64,000 nucleotides of DNA from Octopus sinensis (taxonomy: Eukaryota), in the NCBI RefSeq assembly GCF_006345805.1, contig NC_043011.1:52216464-52280463 (forward strand), written 5' to 3'. The notes under the pieces were generated by a model, which made no database searches, was not told where the DNA came from, and saw only the letters and a program-made list of their open reading frames with translations. Positions 1 to 12,489 of this stretch are shown here, in pieces (positions within the stretch are counted from its first letter, which is position 1; the number at the start of each line of letters is the position of its first letter). The position numbers were made by a program, and so were the translations under genes.

Positions 1-420
1 CTGGATTCCCTTTCTAATGCCAAACATTCGAGAATGTAGTGGGTGCTTTTTACATGCCACCAGCACAGGGGCCAGTCAGGTGGCACTGGCGTTGACCACG
101 CTCAAATGGAAATTTTTATGTGCCACCAGCACAGGAGCCAGTTAGGTGGCACTAAGCACGCTCGACTGGTGCATTTCATGTCCCACCGGCAGGGGTGCCA
201 GTCAGGTGGCACTGGCATCAGCCACAACTACGATTTCACTTGACTCAACAGGTCTTTTGTAGCACAGCATATTGCCCAATGACTGAAGGGTACTTTTAAA
301 CAGGCCGGTTAAGTGACACTGGCTTCAGCCATGGCTACGATCTCACTTGGCTTGCCGAGTCTTCTCAAGCACAGCATATCTTTAAAGGTCTCAGTTGCTT
401 GTCATTGCCTCTGTGAAAAT
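1..420. mobile_element. Family D interspersed repeat (SINE/RTE-tail-like), long copy
   Basis: Shares GCCAACCACT...GTAGTGGGTGCTTTTACGTGCCACC motifs with copies at about 5385-5650, 12700-12945, 32765-32975, 37020-37250 and 42655-42810; copies end in (TCA/TGA)n tails. Confidence 0.7.
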
Positions 421-641
421 AAGTACTGGGGTCAGTTCATTTGGTTAAAAATTCTCCAAGGTGGTACTTCAATAGCTGCTGTCTAATGACTGAAACATGT
501 AAAAGATAAGGACATCTATCTGTCTGTCTATTATATATATACAGACCAAATAATTGTCACATATTACATTTACAGATAAATTCCTCTGTTTACATAATAT
601 CGAGGTCTCTTTCATTCTTTTGTCTTACCATTTTTATCAAT

Positions 642-682
<41 letters not shown>

Positions 683-685
683 AAA

Positions 686-916
686 AGGCGGCGAGCTGGC
701 AGAAACGTTAGTGCGCTGGGTGAAATGCTTAGCGGTATTTCGTCTGTCATTACTTTCTGAGTTCAAATTCCGCCGAGGTCGACTTTGCCTTTCATCCTTT
801 CGGGTCGATAAATAAAGTACCAGTTTCGCACTGGGGTCGATGTAATCGACTTAATCCCTTTGTCTGTCCTTGTTTGTCCCCTCTATGTTTAGCCCCTTGT
901 GGGTAGTAAAGAAATA
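686..916 (+). mobile_element. Family A tRNA-derived SINE (~230 bp)
   Basis: A-box-like TGGCAGAAACGTTAG, B-box GAGTTCAAATTCC, central GCCTTTCATCCTTTCGGGGTCGATAAA (resembles a Meta/MESC-type core, from memory), tail ...GTAAAGAAATA. More than 15 copies in the window. Confidence 0.85.
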
Positions 917-1367
917 TATATATATATAAAGGTTACAACCCTTATTCAGGGATAGCAAAATCCTATGAAAGTACTGGTTAGTGACCTATACAAAGAATGT
1001 TGAACATTACAGATTAATACTCAGCCCCAAGGTAACTATATAAACCGTGGTTTATATATATTTATTTATTATAATAAGATAAGAAAATAGAGAGGTAAAT
1101 GATAAATTATTATTTATTAATAACCCCTCTTTCTTCTTCTTCTATATATATATATATGTACCCCAGTGCTTTTTTTCTTTTAAGGCTGTTACTTATTCTA
1201 TTGGTCTCTTTTGCCAAGCTGCTAAGTCACAGGAACATAAACACACCAACACCAGTTGTCAAGCAGTGGTGGGGGACAAACAGACACAAAGAGACACACA
1301 CACACAAATATTCTATCTAGCTTATAAAGTTTATCCCACCCTCCCAAGTTGTTTACATTTATATGTC

Positions 1368-1399
<32 letters not shown>

Positions 1400-4275
1400 A
1401 GTGCATGAATTGGTGTGTTTGTATACATATTCACACATCTATGTATGCATGTGTATGTAATCCTATACACGCACATACATACATACACACACATTCATAC
1501 ATGCAAATACATATGCACTCAAACCCACTATATATGCATCTATTTATACACACACATGCACACATACATACACAGAGGCTTTCTTACACCCTGGCTGCTG
1601 CTGCTGATATTATTTCTGATTCTGTTATTGTGTAATATATATTAATATTGGTTGTATTGTCCCATTATCTGGCTGTTTGTCTCTCTGTCTCTTTCTCTCT
1701 CTTTAAATCTCTCTTTAAATCCTGAAGTAGGTCAAGATATCTTGACCTAGAGATCTTGTTGCTATAATTGCTACACCATTAAGCTATTAGACAGAGATAG
1801 GCAAGCATTTTGGGGGGAAATAATAATAACGATGATGATGATGAGGAGGAGGATAATGATTTTTCATTGGCTACAGGGCCCTGGAAATGTTAGGGACACT
1901 CCAAAGGCGAAATATTATACATAGAATAACAAAAAAAAAAAAAAAAGGGGGATTTACATCAAGTAAAAAGGAGAGATGAGGAAAACAATAAATACATTAA
2001 TAAATGGTGATAATAATAATCATAATAATAAGGATAAAAGTAAAGATTTTTTTTTATTTTATAAATGATTTGTTTTATTACCATAAGCTGAAAGATGACA
2101 GGCAGAGGCTTGGTGCTTTTACAAGGACAAATTACAAAAACAGGTGGGTGTGACATGGAATATGACACTGTTAATGTGGGAAAAATAAACAAATAAATAA
2201 ACGAATGATGTATAATAGATGTTCTTTTTGTTTGTTTTGTAAAATCTTTTAGTCTGGAGGGAAGACAGTGCCTGCGACTTCTTACAGATTTCTGAAAATG
2301 GTGGGAAGGAGGCAGGGAAGATGTTATCATCAAACTAGTGATCTGGCTCATATTCTTGCGATAGAGTGGGGTTGACTAAAGATATCCAAGGTGTCAGATT
2401 AAGTCTATCTTTTCAAGTAGGTCATGGATGAATATGAACTCAAAATACAAAGAGGCAAAGAAAATACTGCAAAGAATCTGTTTTAACCCTTTAGCATTTA
2501 AACCAGCCATATCCATCCCAAATACCTGTTTTATGTTCAAACAGGTCGGATCTTGCCTCTCACACCTATCCAACAATGTCATTCTAAAAATAAACACTCA
2601 CATCATTGAAGTCTGGAAGCTGTGAGATAATGCAAGATTAATTCAAAGCAATATGAATGTTAAATAGTTAATATTTTTACAGTTCCTCTAATCCACCGTC
2701 CTTGATTGGTACTTATTTAATTGACTCCTGAAAGGATGAGAAATATAATTGACCCCAGCAGGATTTGAACTCAGAGTGCAGAGAGCCTGAATGATTACCA
2801 CAAAGCAATCTGTCCATCATTCTAAAGACTGACTCAGCAAATTGGTTGTCTTGTAGGGGCAAGGTTGCAAAAATAAAATCAAATGAAATGCAAAGTGATG
2901 GTTTGTTTGCACATTATGCTGTACAAAATATAGTAATATCCCAAGAGGAAGACTGTTGTCTTGGAGGTTATAAGTGGGGCTATCAAGGAACCATCACATC
3001 TAGGATTATTTTGCATATTGGTTTTAAATTTTGGCACATGGCCAGCAATTTTAGGGGCAGGGGTGTAAATTGATTACATCAACCCCAGTGTTCAACTGGT
3101 GCTTATTTTGTTGACCCCCCTCCCCACAAAGGGTGAAAGGCAAATTTGACCTCAGCAGAATCTGAACTCAGTACATAAGTCATACGAAAAACCATTTTGC
3201 TTGGCATGCTAGCAATTCTTCCAGCTCACTGCCATAGGATTACTTTGCAATCAGTAGGTAAAAAGTTCTCTTCCAACAGTCATTCATCAGTCTGCAAGCA
3301 CATCCTAAAACTAATTCCATTCACTCAAACCTTGTTTGCTACTCTCATTCACCTTTCAACAAATTAATTGGATGAAGGGCAACACCTTTCTCTCAGTGGG
3401 ACTTCGAAATATCAATGAAGTCTTAACCAAAGAAGAGTGTTTCAATCTTCATTCTTTTCGTCTACCACACAATGTCTTTCATTTTAGCTACCGAACAGAG
3501 GAAAACTTTCTGCCTTTCCCAACTAAAGGAAGGTAGCAGGATAATCTTCATGTTGAACTCAGCTAGTAACTAGATCTGCCTCACATGTTAAAACAAGTGT
3601 CTGACAAAATTATAATAATGCTTTCTTTTCTTGCCACAAGGTTAAAGGATAGGGTGTTTTAAGAGGGTAAAGTATAAATTGGTCATGCATTTATATAGAT
3701 GATAGGAATGGAAAAATAGAATGTACTGTGAAATGGTTCCAACAGGAAGTCAGTCACTGAACAATAATCATGAAGTACCACCCACATGTCTCAAATTACC
3801 ATGACTACTAAAGACAAGTATCTTTTCCCACCTGTTGTCTCCTGTAGCCTATGACCACATGTTCAAGATAGACGCATGTAATCAGTTCATACATACCCAC
3901 CAATCTCACCTTCCAGCAAATTTCCTTGACGACAGTATCTAGCTTTTTGCTATCATCTTCTTCCCTCAAGTGCTACTTGAAGATGTTGATAGTGTCTAAG
4001 ATAAGTAGAAGGTCACACATTTTAATGTTGGGATGAGAATATACAGTTTATGAAATTGACTTCAGTACCTACTTAACAAACATACTTATTTTATTAAATC
4101 TGTTTCCTCTGGTGGTGGTGGTGGCTGTGGGGAAAATTTCCCCAGTCCACTCTACTGATAGGCAAAGCTGACACTGGCATGATTTGAACCCATAATGTCA
4201 AGTAGAGATTTCCTAACTATTTCATTAATTTCAATGTATTTTAGGATAAATAAAACTATTTGGAATACTCTAAAG

Positions 4276-4525
4276 CTGTGTTTCTCAACCATTTTTTGTC
4301 TGGACCCTTTGATTCCTATTTTACTTGGGTGGATCCTCTGCACCATTTGATGCTTTAAAAAAATACCATTATATTTACATAATTAAATATGATTAGGAAT
4401 TATATAAAAAAAGTTAAAATATTTTGTGTATTGCAGAGGTATAACCAATTTACTGCTCATAAATTTTAACAACAAAATCTTAGATGGACCCTAAGGGCCA
4501 TATGGACCCCAGTTGAGGACCTCTA
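4276..4525. mobile_element. hAT (Charlie-like) MITE, decayed
   Basis: Ends CTGTGTTTCTCAACC / AGTTGAGGACCTCTA; 8-bp flanks CTCTAAAG and CCTTAAAG. Confidence 0.6.
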
Positions 4526-4579
4526 CCTTAAAGCAAAAAGCTTTGAAATATATTACTTAAAAATGGGTATATATTTTAA

Positions 4580-4940
4580 CATATACTCTTTTACTTGTTT
4601 CAGTCATTTGACTGTGGCCATGCTGGAGCACTACCTTTAGTTGAGCAAATCGATCCCAGGACTTATTCTTTATAAGCCTAGTACTTATTCTATCGGTCTC
4701 TTTTTGCTGAACCACTAAGTTATGAGAACGTAAACACACCAGCATCGGTTGTCAAGCGATGTTGGGGGGACAAACACAGAGACACAAACATACACACACA
4801 CACACACTCACACACACACACACACACGACGGGCTTCTTTCAGTTTCCGTCTACCAAATCCACTGACAAGGCTTTGGTCGGCCCAAGGCTATAGTAGAAG
4901 ACACTTGCCCAAGCTACTTACCACACAGCCACTCTTACGC
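4580..4940 (-). mobile_element. Family B tRNA/CORE-like SINE with internal microsatellite
   Basis: Reverse complement of the family B copies at 16312 and 34001; internal (CA)n. Confidence 0.75.
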
Positions 4941-6089
4941 CTAAGAATAATTTCAACTTATAGAAAGTACTTTTCTAAGTACTTTTGGTTGCTATTTATC
5001 AAACGAAGTATTCAGTTTTGGTTTGTATGTTTCACATTTTTGAAAAATTAAAATATTATTACTTTCATGGCGTGTGATCTGAGGGAGATTTTGTTACTAA
5101 TTCTAGCAGGCATTTCAAGTGACTGCTTAGAGGCTGTCTTGTTAGACAATAGGTTTCACTAGTGAATAAGATGTGGGTGTCTGAAGAGGTTTTGTTGAGA
5201 GGAGGCATGCAGGTCAACAGAGTGATCACGGCTCCTTGTTATGCCTTAGTTTCAGGTCACGACTGATCAAGTAGCACTATGCTTAAAAAACTGTTCTTGC
5301 TTTGAGTACACCATTTAATTTTCAAACAAATGTTTCCAGTACTACATTATCTACTGTTCCCTTCTATTTTTTAAAGATAGTCCGTTGCCAGCCTCGCCTG
5401 GCCCCCGTGCTGGTGGCACGTAAAAGCACCATCCGTTCGTGGCCATTTGCCAGCTCCGTCTGGCACCTGTGCGGGTGGCACGTAAAAAGCACCCACTACA
5501 CTCACGGAGTGGTTGGCGTTAGGAAGAGCATCCAGCCGTAGAAACACTGCCAGATCAGACTGGGCCTGATGCAGCCTTCCGGCTTCACAGTCCCCACTTG
5601 AACCGTCCAACCCATGCTAGCATGGAAGGCAGACGCTAAATGATGATGAGTAAGGTTGTTGTTTGAATAGAATTTAGCTACTATTTCTAGGTAGCATATT
5701 GAATAACCGCATAGACGCTTCCTTATTGGACAGTGATTAAAAATACGTTGGTAAATGAATGTTTTGCTATCCCACACACAACTCATTTTGTTTCTTTTAT
5801 TGTATGGCTTCATCAACAATAAAATATTTTCTCACACTTCAGTTTGCTCAATTACAGACAACTGGGAGGGTTTTTTTAAAATTATTTTTTAAACATCAAC
5901 AATGAACAAAAACAAAAGAAATTATGGCAGCAGCTCTCTCTCTCTTGAGATAGTTTACTGTACTATCAAAGACTCTTTCCACTAGATTCCCACGTGTGTG
6001 TGTGTGTGTTAATGTTTGTTTTTATGGTCAATTACAATAAAAACAATTCTACATTAATCTGATGTGTTACCCTATGTTTTTGTAGAGTA

Positions 6090-6465
6090 CAAATTATTCT
6101 TTTACAAAAATATTGCTGATAGTGACGTCAAAGTTTCGGCCAGCTGAGCCATTGTCCGACAATGGTTTAGCTGGGTGTAACTTTGAAGTTACTGTCAACA
6201 ACATTCTTATTTCTTTACTGCCCACAAGGGGCTAAACATAGAGGGGACAAACAAGGACAGACAAAGGGATTAGGTTGATTACATCGACCCCAGTTCGTAA
6301 CAGGTACTTATTTAATCGAACCTGAAAGGATGAAAGGCTAAGTTGACCTCGGCGAAATTTGAACTCAGAACGTAGCGCCGACAAAATACTGCTTAGCATT
6401 TCGCCCGGTGTGCTAACGATTCTGCCAGCTCACCACCTTAACGACATTCTTGTATAAGAATACTA
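6090..6465. ncRNA. Palindromic element (family R) with one degenerate type I hammerhead per arm, interrupted by a SINE
   Basis: Arms 6141-6156/6158-6173 pair fully (2 G.U) and extend imperfectly outward. Minus arm reads CGGACAA-T-GGC TCAGCTG GCC-GAAAC-TTTGAC-GTC; plus arm reads CCGACAA-T-GGT...GTAAC-TTTGAA-GTT. Confidence 0.6.
6209..6439 (-). mobile_element. Family A SINE with 12-bp TSD
   Basis: TSD AACAACATTCTT (6197-6208) / AACGACATTCTT (6440-6451). Confidence 0.85.
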
Positions 6466-7007
6466 TATACACACACACCTACATACATATGTATATCTTG
6501 CTCATATGCACATGCATACATACACACACAAACACACATGTGTATAATGCCACCACATACACACCTATTCTCCATTTTAATGAGCAATTTCCATTCCTGA
6601 AAAACCACTCATAAATTGAAACTCATTAATCAAAGCACATTTTCCATTTGACTCTCATTAAAATATTAAAATGTGTTCCTGCAAGCTCCAGAAGGCCTAA
6701 TTGTTTCCAAATCCAAAATCCTTAATTTAATTAAATAGAATATTTTAATGACTGAGAATCATATGAAAATGCTAAAGATGAAAAAATAATGACTAAGAAT
6801 AATTAACATCATAAGAATTTATAAACTTTTGAGAGGATGCAAAATAATTCTTTTTTGGCATAGTGATCTTGAAGCACATTATTTCATCATCATCATCATT
6901 TAACATCCATTTTCGATGCTGGCATGGGTTGGATGGTTTGACCAGAGCAAGCAGGAGAGCTGCACCAGTTTCTCATTTGATTTGGCTTGGTTTCAACACC
7001 AACACCA

Positions 7008-7381
7008 AGTGGAGGCGCACTGGCTCAGTGGTTAGGGCAGTGGACTCGCAGTCGGAGGATCGCGGTTTCGATTCCCAGACCGGACGTTGTGTGTGTTTAT
7101 TGAGTGAAAACACCTAAAGCTCCATAAGGCTCCGGCAGGGGTTGGTGGCGACCCCTGTTGTACTCTTTCGCTCCAACTTTCTCTCACTCTTTCTTCCTGT
7201 TTTTTATCCCCGACTTCCTACACAACCGCTGGGCCTGGATGCTTATTCATCCATTCGTCTATGCTCTCGGTGTCGGGGTTTGACCTGCTTTCTCTTCTGC
7301 GGGTCTTACGACCACGTTTTGGACTTCTCCCACTCTGGGACGAAGACCGCTTCGCTCAACAAACAAACAAACAAACAAACA
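7008..7381 (+). mobile_element. Family C tRNA-derived SINE, tail type 1 ending (AAAC)n
   Basis: Head TGGCTCAGTGGTTAG...GGTTTCGATTCCC; 13-bp TSD AACACCAACACCA (6995-7007, 7382-7394). Confidence 0.8.
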
Positions 7382-7725
7382 AACACCAACACCAGTTGCC
7401 AAGTGGTGATAGGGAGACAAACTCAGACAGAAAGACACACACTTAAACATATATATATATACATACATACACACACACACACACACGATGGGCTTCTTTC
7501 AGTTTCCGTCTACCAAATCCATCTGCAAGGTTTTGGTTGGGCTGAGGCTATAGTAAAAAACACTTGCCCAAGGTGCCATGCTGTGAGACTGAACCCAAAA
7601 ACCATTTGGTGGGGAAGCAAGCTTCTTACCATACAGGAATTATAAAAAATACTTATTAATCTTTAATTATTTGCTATCATTTCATTGAAATATTTTTTAT
7701 TTTGATTTTATTTTTTTTTTTCCAG

Positions 7726-7830
7726 AAAAAGTCAACTGGTGAAGACCTTATTGAGCAAGTATTTTACTTCCTGGATTTGATTGAAAAAGAATATTTTGGT
7801 TTACAATTCTCAGATGCACACAATGTTAAC
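7726..7830 (+). CDS. EPB41L5: Internal coding exon (105 bp, phase 0/0) of a Band 4.1/FERM protein, EPB41L5/Yurt-like; F1 lobe KKSTGEDLIEQVFYFLDLIEKEYFGLQFSDAHNVN
   Basis: Poly-T tract + TCCAG acceptor (7711-7725), GTGAGT donor at 7831, open frame, FERM signature LDLIEKEYFGLQF. Subfamily assigned from recalled similarity; EPB41L4B is not excluded. Confidence 0.9.
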
Positions 7831-8169
7831 GTGAGTATTCTTTATCATTCATTTGTAGTAATCACAGATCATAGTGTCTAGTTATCTATCTGCCTGTCTG
7901 CATATCTATCTTTCTGTCTGTGTATATATCTGTCTGTCTATCTTTCTATCTGTAGAAGTCCTACTCTGACAGACAGACAGACAAACATGTCTGTTTGTCT
8001 ACCTATTTGTCTGTTTCCCCATTTGTTTATCTATCTGTCTGTGTCTGTATCCATCTATCTCTATGCATCTACCTGCATGTCCCTCCCTCCTTCCTTCCTC
8101 CTCCCTCTCTCTCTCTCTCTCTCGCCTAGGGTTAAGATACAGGACTCTTGACATGTTCAACAAAGCGTG

Positions 8170-8320
8170 ACGCCTAAACCAATCAGCTCAACCAACCAAT
8201 CAGCTTAAGTAATTGTGTGATACTACACACTGATTGGTCAGAATACAGTTTGGAAAACCTAGCAATCTGGAGCCTACCCAGTTGTATTTAAGGCACAAAT
8301 TCAATCATCTCGCTACAGTC
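8170..8320 (+). promoter_or_regulatory. Candidate Pol II core promoter (3 CCAAT boxes, TATA-like box, Inr-like site), probably element-borne
   Basis: CCAATCAG at 8179 and 8196, reverse CTGATTGG at 8230-8237, TGACG near 8168, TATTTAAG 8285-8292, CAGTC about 30 nt downstream. Confidence 0.5.
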
Positions 8321-8355
8321 AAAAATTGTGAAGCATGACTGTCACCACTACTACA

Positions 8356-8400
8356 TGAACCTGAAGATTGCAGAATTTAATGCATGAAAGTACTAGTTCA
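8356..8400 (+). ncRNA. Minimal type I hammerhead ribozyme motif (Penelope-like)
   Basis: Stem I TGAAC/GTTCA; core CTGAAGA 8361-8367; stem II TGCA/TGCA closed by a U.U mismatch; GAAA 8386-8389; palindromic stem III AGTACT; predicted cleavage CUA after 8395. Confidence 0.7.
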
Positions 8401-8561
8401 ATCAGAATGAACATTTAACATTCTACTATTTTATTTTCTATTATATTATATTACCTTATAATATATCATTATAAAACGTGAAAATCAGACAAGGTTGGAA
8501 TTCCTTTTATTAATATATTCTTCTATACACAATCACACACACCCATATATATATCTATATA

Positions 8562-8969
8562 TATTTCTTTACTGCCCACAAGGGGTTAAACATAGAGGGG
8601 ACAAACAAGGACATTAAGTCGATTACATCGACCCCAGTGCGAAACTGGTACTTTATTTATCGATCCAGAAAGGATGAAAAGCAAAGTCGACCTTGGTGGA
8701 ATTTGAACTCAGAATGTAACAACAGACGAAATACGTATTTCTTTACTACCCACAAAGGAGCTAAACACAGAAGGGACAAACACGGACAGACAAAGGCATT
8801 AAGTCGATTATATCGACCCCAGTATGTAACTGGTACTTATTTAATTGACCCTGAAAGGATGAAAGGCAAAGTCGACCTTGGTGGAATTTGAACTCAGAAC
8901 ATAGCGACAGAGGAAATATCGCTAAGCATTTCACCCGGCGCGCTAATGTTTCTGCCAGCTCGCCGCCTT
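8562..8969 (-). mobile_element. Family A SINE tandem dimer
   Basis: Full copy plus a 5'-truncated copy joined at 8735/8736 (sense junction AAGAAATA|CGTATTTCGTC). Confidence 0.8.
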
Positions 8970-8983
8970 CCTCTCTCTCTCTC

Positions 8984-9037
<54 letters not shown>

Positions 9038-10141
9038 TATATACATGGGTGTTTAAAAATGTTACTGTCTGGTATTAGACAGAGAGATAGTGAAGGAGCT
9101 TGTTTTTTAAAACCTCAGTCAGGCAAGTTTACAAAACATGAATGCCACCACATTCCAGTCATTCTAATTTGGTTGTTGTTTAGATTTGATAAAAATTCCT
9201 CTGTTGTGCCTGATTATTTATCAATCTGGAATGAAAAGGAAAGTTGCAAAAATTTCAAGGTGTTGCCATTTCCAAACGATCAACATGTGGAAAAAGAATT
9301 TTATTTCAAAATATCAATATACGCACACACACACACACATACACCCTCATAATCCAAAAAAATAAACCATCCAATTTGAGTTTGCTAGAAGCTCCAGTGA
9401 AGCTTTGTCTCATTCTTAAGGCCTATTTTGAAATTTTCTGGAGAAAAGAAAATTAAATCGAAATAGAAAATATTTCAATGAACTGATAGCAAATAAAGAT
9501 AAATAAATATTTGTTGTGATTCTTGTGTGGTAAGAAGCTTGCTTCCCTACCAAATGGTTCTGGGTTCAGTCCCACAGCATGGCACCTTGGGCAAGTGTCT
9601 TCTACTATAGCCTCAGGCCAACAAAAGCCTTGTGAGTGGATTTGGTAGACGGAAACTGAAAGAAGCCTGTCGTATATATTTATATATATGTGTATGTTTA
9701 TGTGTCTGTGTTTGTCCCCACCATCGCTTGACAACCGATGCTGGTGTGTTTACATCCCCATAACTTAGTGGTTCGGCAAGAAAGACCAATAGAATAAGTA
9801 CTAGGCTTACAAAGAATAAGTCCTGGGGTCGATTTGCCTGACTAAAGGTGGTGCTCCAGCATGGCCGCAGCCAAATGACTGACACAAATAAAAGAATAAT
9901 ATGGCATGTGTGGTAAGAAGCTTGCTTCTCAACCACATAGTTCCAGGTTCAGTCCCACTGTGTAACATCTTGGTCAAGTGTCTTCCACTATAGCCTCAAG
10001 CCAACCAAAACTTTGTGAGCAGATTTGGTAGATGGATACTGAGAAGCCCACCGTGTGTATGTCTGTTTGTGTAAGTGTATGTTCATGTCTGTTCCCCATC
10101 GCTGCTTGACAATTGGTGTTGGTGTGTTTAGATTCCCCATA

Positions 10142-10526
10142 GTGGAGGCACAATGGCCCAGTGGTTAGGGCAGCAGACTCGCGGTCATAGGATCGCGGTT
10201 TCGATTCCCAGACCGGGCGTTGTGAGTGTTTATTGAGCGAAAACACCTAAAGCTCCACGAGGCTTTGGCAGGGATGGTGGTGATCCCTGCTGTACTCTTT
10301 CACCACAACTTTCTCTCACTCTTACTTCCTGTTTCTGTTGTACCCGTATTTCAAGGGGCCAGCCTTGTCACTCTCTGTGTCACGCTGAATATCCCCGAGA
10401 ACTACGTTAAGGGTGCACGTGTCTGTGGAGTGCTCAGCCACTTACATGTTAATTTCACGAGCAGGCTGTTCCGTTGATTCGGATCAACCGGAACCCTCAT
10501 CATCATAACCGACGGACTGCTTCCAC
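10142..10526 (+). mobile_element. Family C SINE, tail type 2, nested in a family B SINE
   Basis: 12-bp TSD AGATTCCCCATA (10130-10141, 10527-10538); the interrupted B copy resumes after it. Confidence 0.85.
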
Positions 10527-10699
10527 AGATTCCCCATAACTTAGCAGTTTTGCAAAAGAACTGATAGAATTTAATGCCAAGCTTAAAAAAGAAAAAAAAA
10601 TAAGTACTGGGATCCATTCAACTAAAAAAAATTCTTCAGGGCAGTACCCCAGGATGGCCACAGTCTATGAATGAAACAAGTAAGAGAATAAAAGAATAA

Positions 10700-10945
10700 T
10701 ATGTATATGTACACGAGTAAGCACATAAATGCAAAACGAGGTGGGAAAAAATAGTACTAGAATACCGAAGGTAGAGCAATATGCTTTTTATTAAAGCTGC
10801 AAAAACGTCACGAAAACTGTTACTCAGAGTTTCACGTTCCCATTTGTTGAACCGTTGTGATCACAACTGTCTGACAAACAGGAGCATGAAACTATGGGTA
10901 ACAGTTTTTGTGATGTTTTTGCAGCTTCATTAAAAATGCATGTAT
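10700..10945. ncRNA. Palindromic element (family P) with two divergent type I hammerheads
   Basis: Centre GTTGTGA|TCACAAC at 10860/10861 with ~80-bp imperfect arms. Plus HHR 10865-10906: AACTGT-CTGACAA-stem II-GAAAC-TATGG-GTA-ACAGTT. Minus arm retains ATG GGAA CGT-GAAAC-TCTGA-GTA. Confidence 0.75.
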
Positions 10946-11670
10946 GTATATATGTATGTTCATATGTGTGTGCACGTGTGTGTACGCATGTGCATTTATA
11001 CTCCTTTGCCCACTTTCCCATGCTAGCATGGCTCAGATAGAATTTCCCCTTCTCTCTATTAAGGGGCACAAGCATTTTCATACACATGTACACACTTAAT
11101 GGGAACTTCTGCCAACCAAATTCAGTTAGAAGGCTTTGGTTGACTTAAGGTTATAGCAGAAGACACTTGTCCAAGGTGTCACACAATGGGACTGAACCTG
11201 AAACCATGTGTTATCAAGCAAGCTTCCTAATACCTTTCATGTTCCTCATCTTTCTCTCACTCAGTCTTACTCTTTCCATATTATAATTACTGATATCTTA
11301 TTTATCTATCTTTTGTTTGCTTCACTTATTAGACTGTGGCCATGCTGGAGCATCACCTGAAACTTTTAGTTGAATGAATCACCCTCCAGTACCTTTTTTT
11401 TTATGAAACCTGGTACTTATTCTATCAGTCTCTTTTTACTAAGCTGCTTAATTAAGGAGACATAAACAAACCAACATTGGATGTCAAGCATCTATATACA
11501 CCTGCACCTCTGTATGTGTGTGTGTGTGTATACATATATACATGCATATATATATAATATATATATATATATATGTATATACACACACACACACATAAAA
11601 TAAGGATAAAAATCATGTTAATAATAATTATCAGGTAGTCAGCATGGAAATAAACACTTTATATACTAGA

Positions 11671-11701
<31 letters not shown>

Positions 11702-12201
11702 GTTTTATTTCATTGGTTACTTACAACTTACATGGTATTCCATCTGAAGACCAGCTATATCTATTTTCTTCAGAATATAAAATACGAGAGAGAGAGAGAG
11801 AGAGAAACAAGAGACATAGGCTGTGAGATATTAACTGGGATGGTATGAGGTCAAGGTCAGTTTTGGGTATTGTAGAGGCAGATGTCAGTGGAACAAAGAG
11901 AAGAGGATTCATGCAACCAGTTCCCCACATTCATTCACACATGCATACATCCATTTGTAATTATGGAAACCGAAGACAAAGAAAAATTGGGACACATCTA
12001 AGGGGAACCAAGAAACATGTACATACCATACACAGACCCCAAATACATACATGCCTAAATGCACCCACTGACCTAAATATATACAGCCACATAATTACAA
12101 ATATAAACAAAGCAAGCATAAGATATGAGCATAAAGAAATACATTCTTCAACAGTCATACACATGCATGTGCATGCACACACATCCTATTGTCTTAGTAT
12201 G

Positions 12202-12257
<56 letters not shown>

Positions 12258-12403
12258 ATAAAATTTCTTGCCCACTAGCTGGCTCTTGAGTGTATTTTGC
12301 AGTGCATTAGACAATAGGGTCTCTTTTTCTCCTTGCCTCTCTCCCTCCTTCCTTTTTTCCACCTCTTCTATTTGATACATATATATGACTGAAACAAGTA
12401 AAA

Positions 12404-12489
<86 letters not shown>

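Noticed and set aside
3910-3972. 63-nt open minus-strand segment ending in a GTGAGA donor (possible nested exon)
   Set aside because: Poor acceptor, no recognisable protein motif, and no partner exons.
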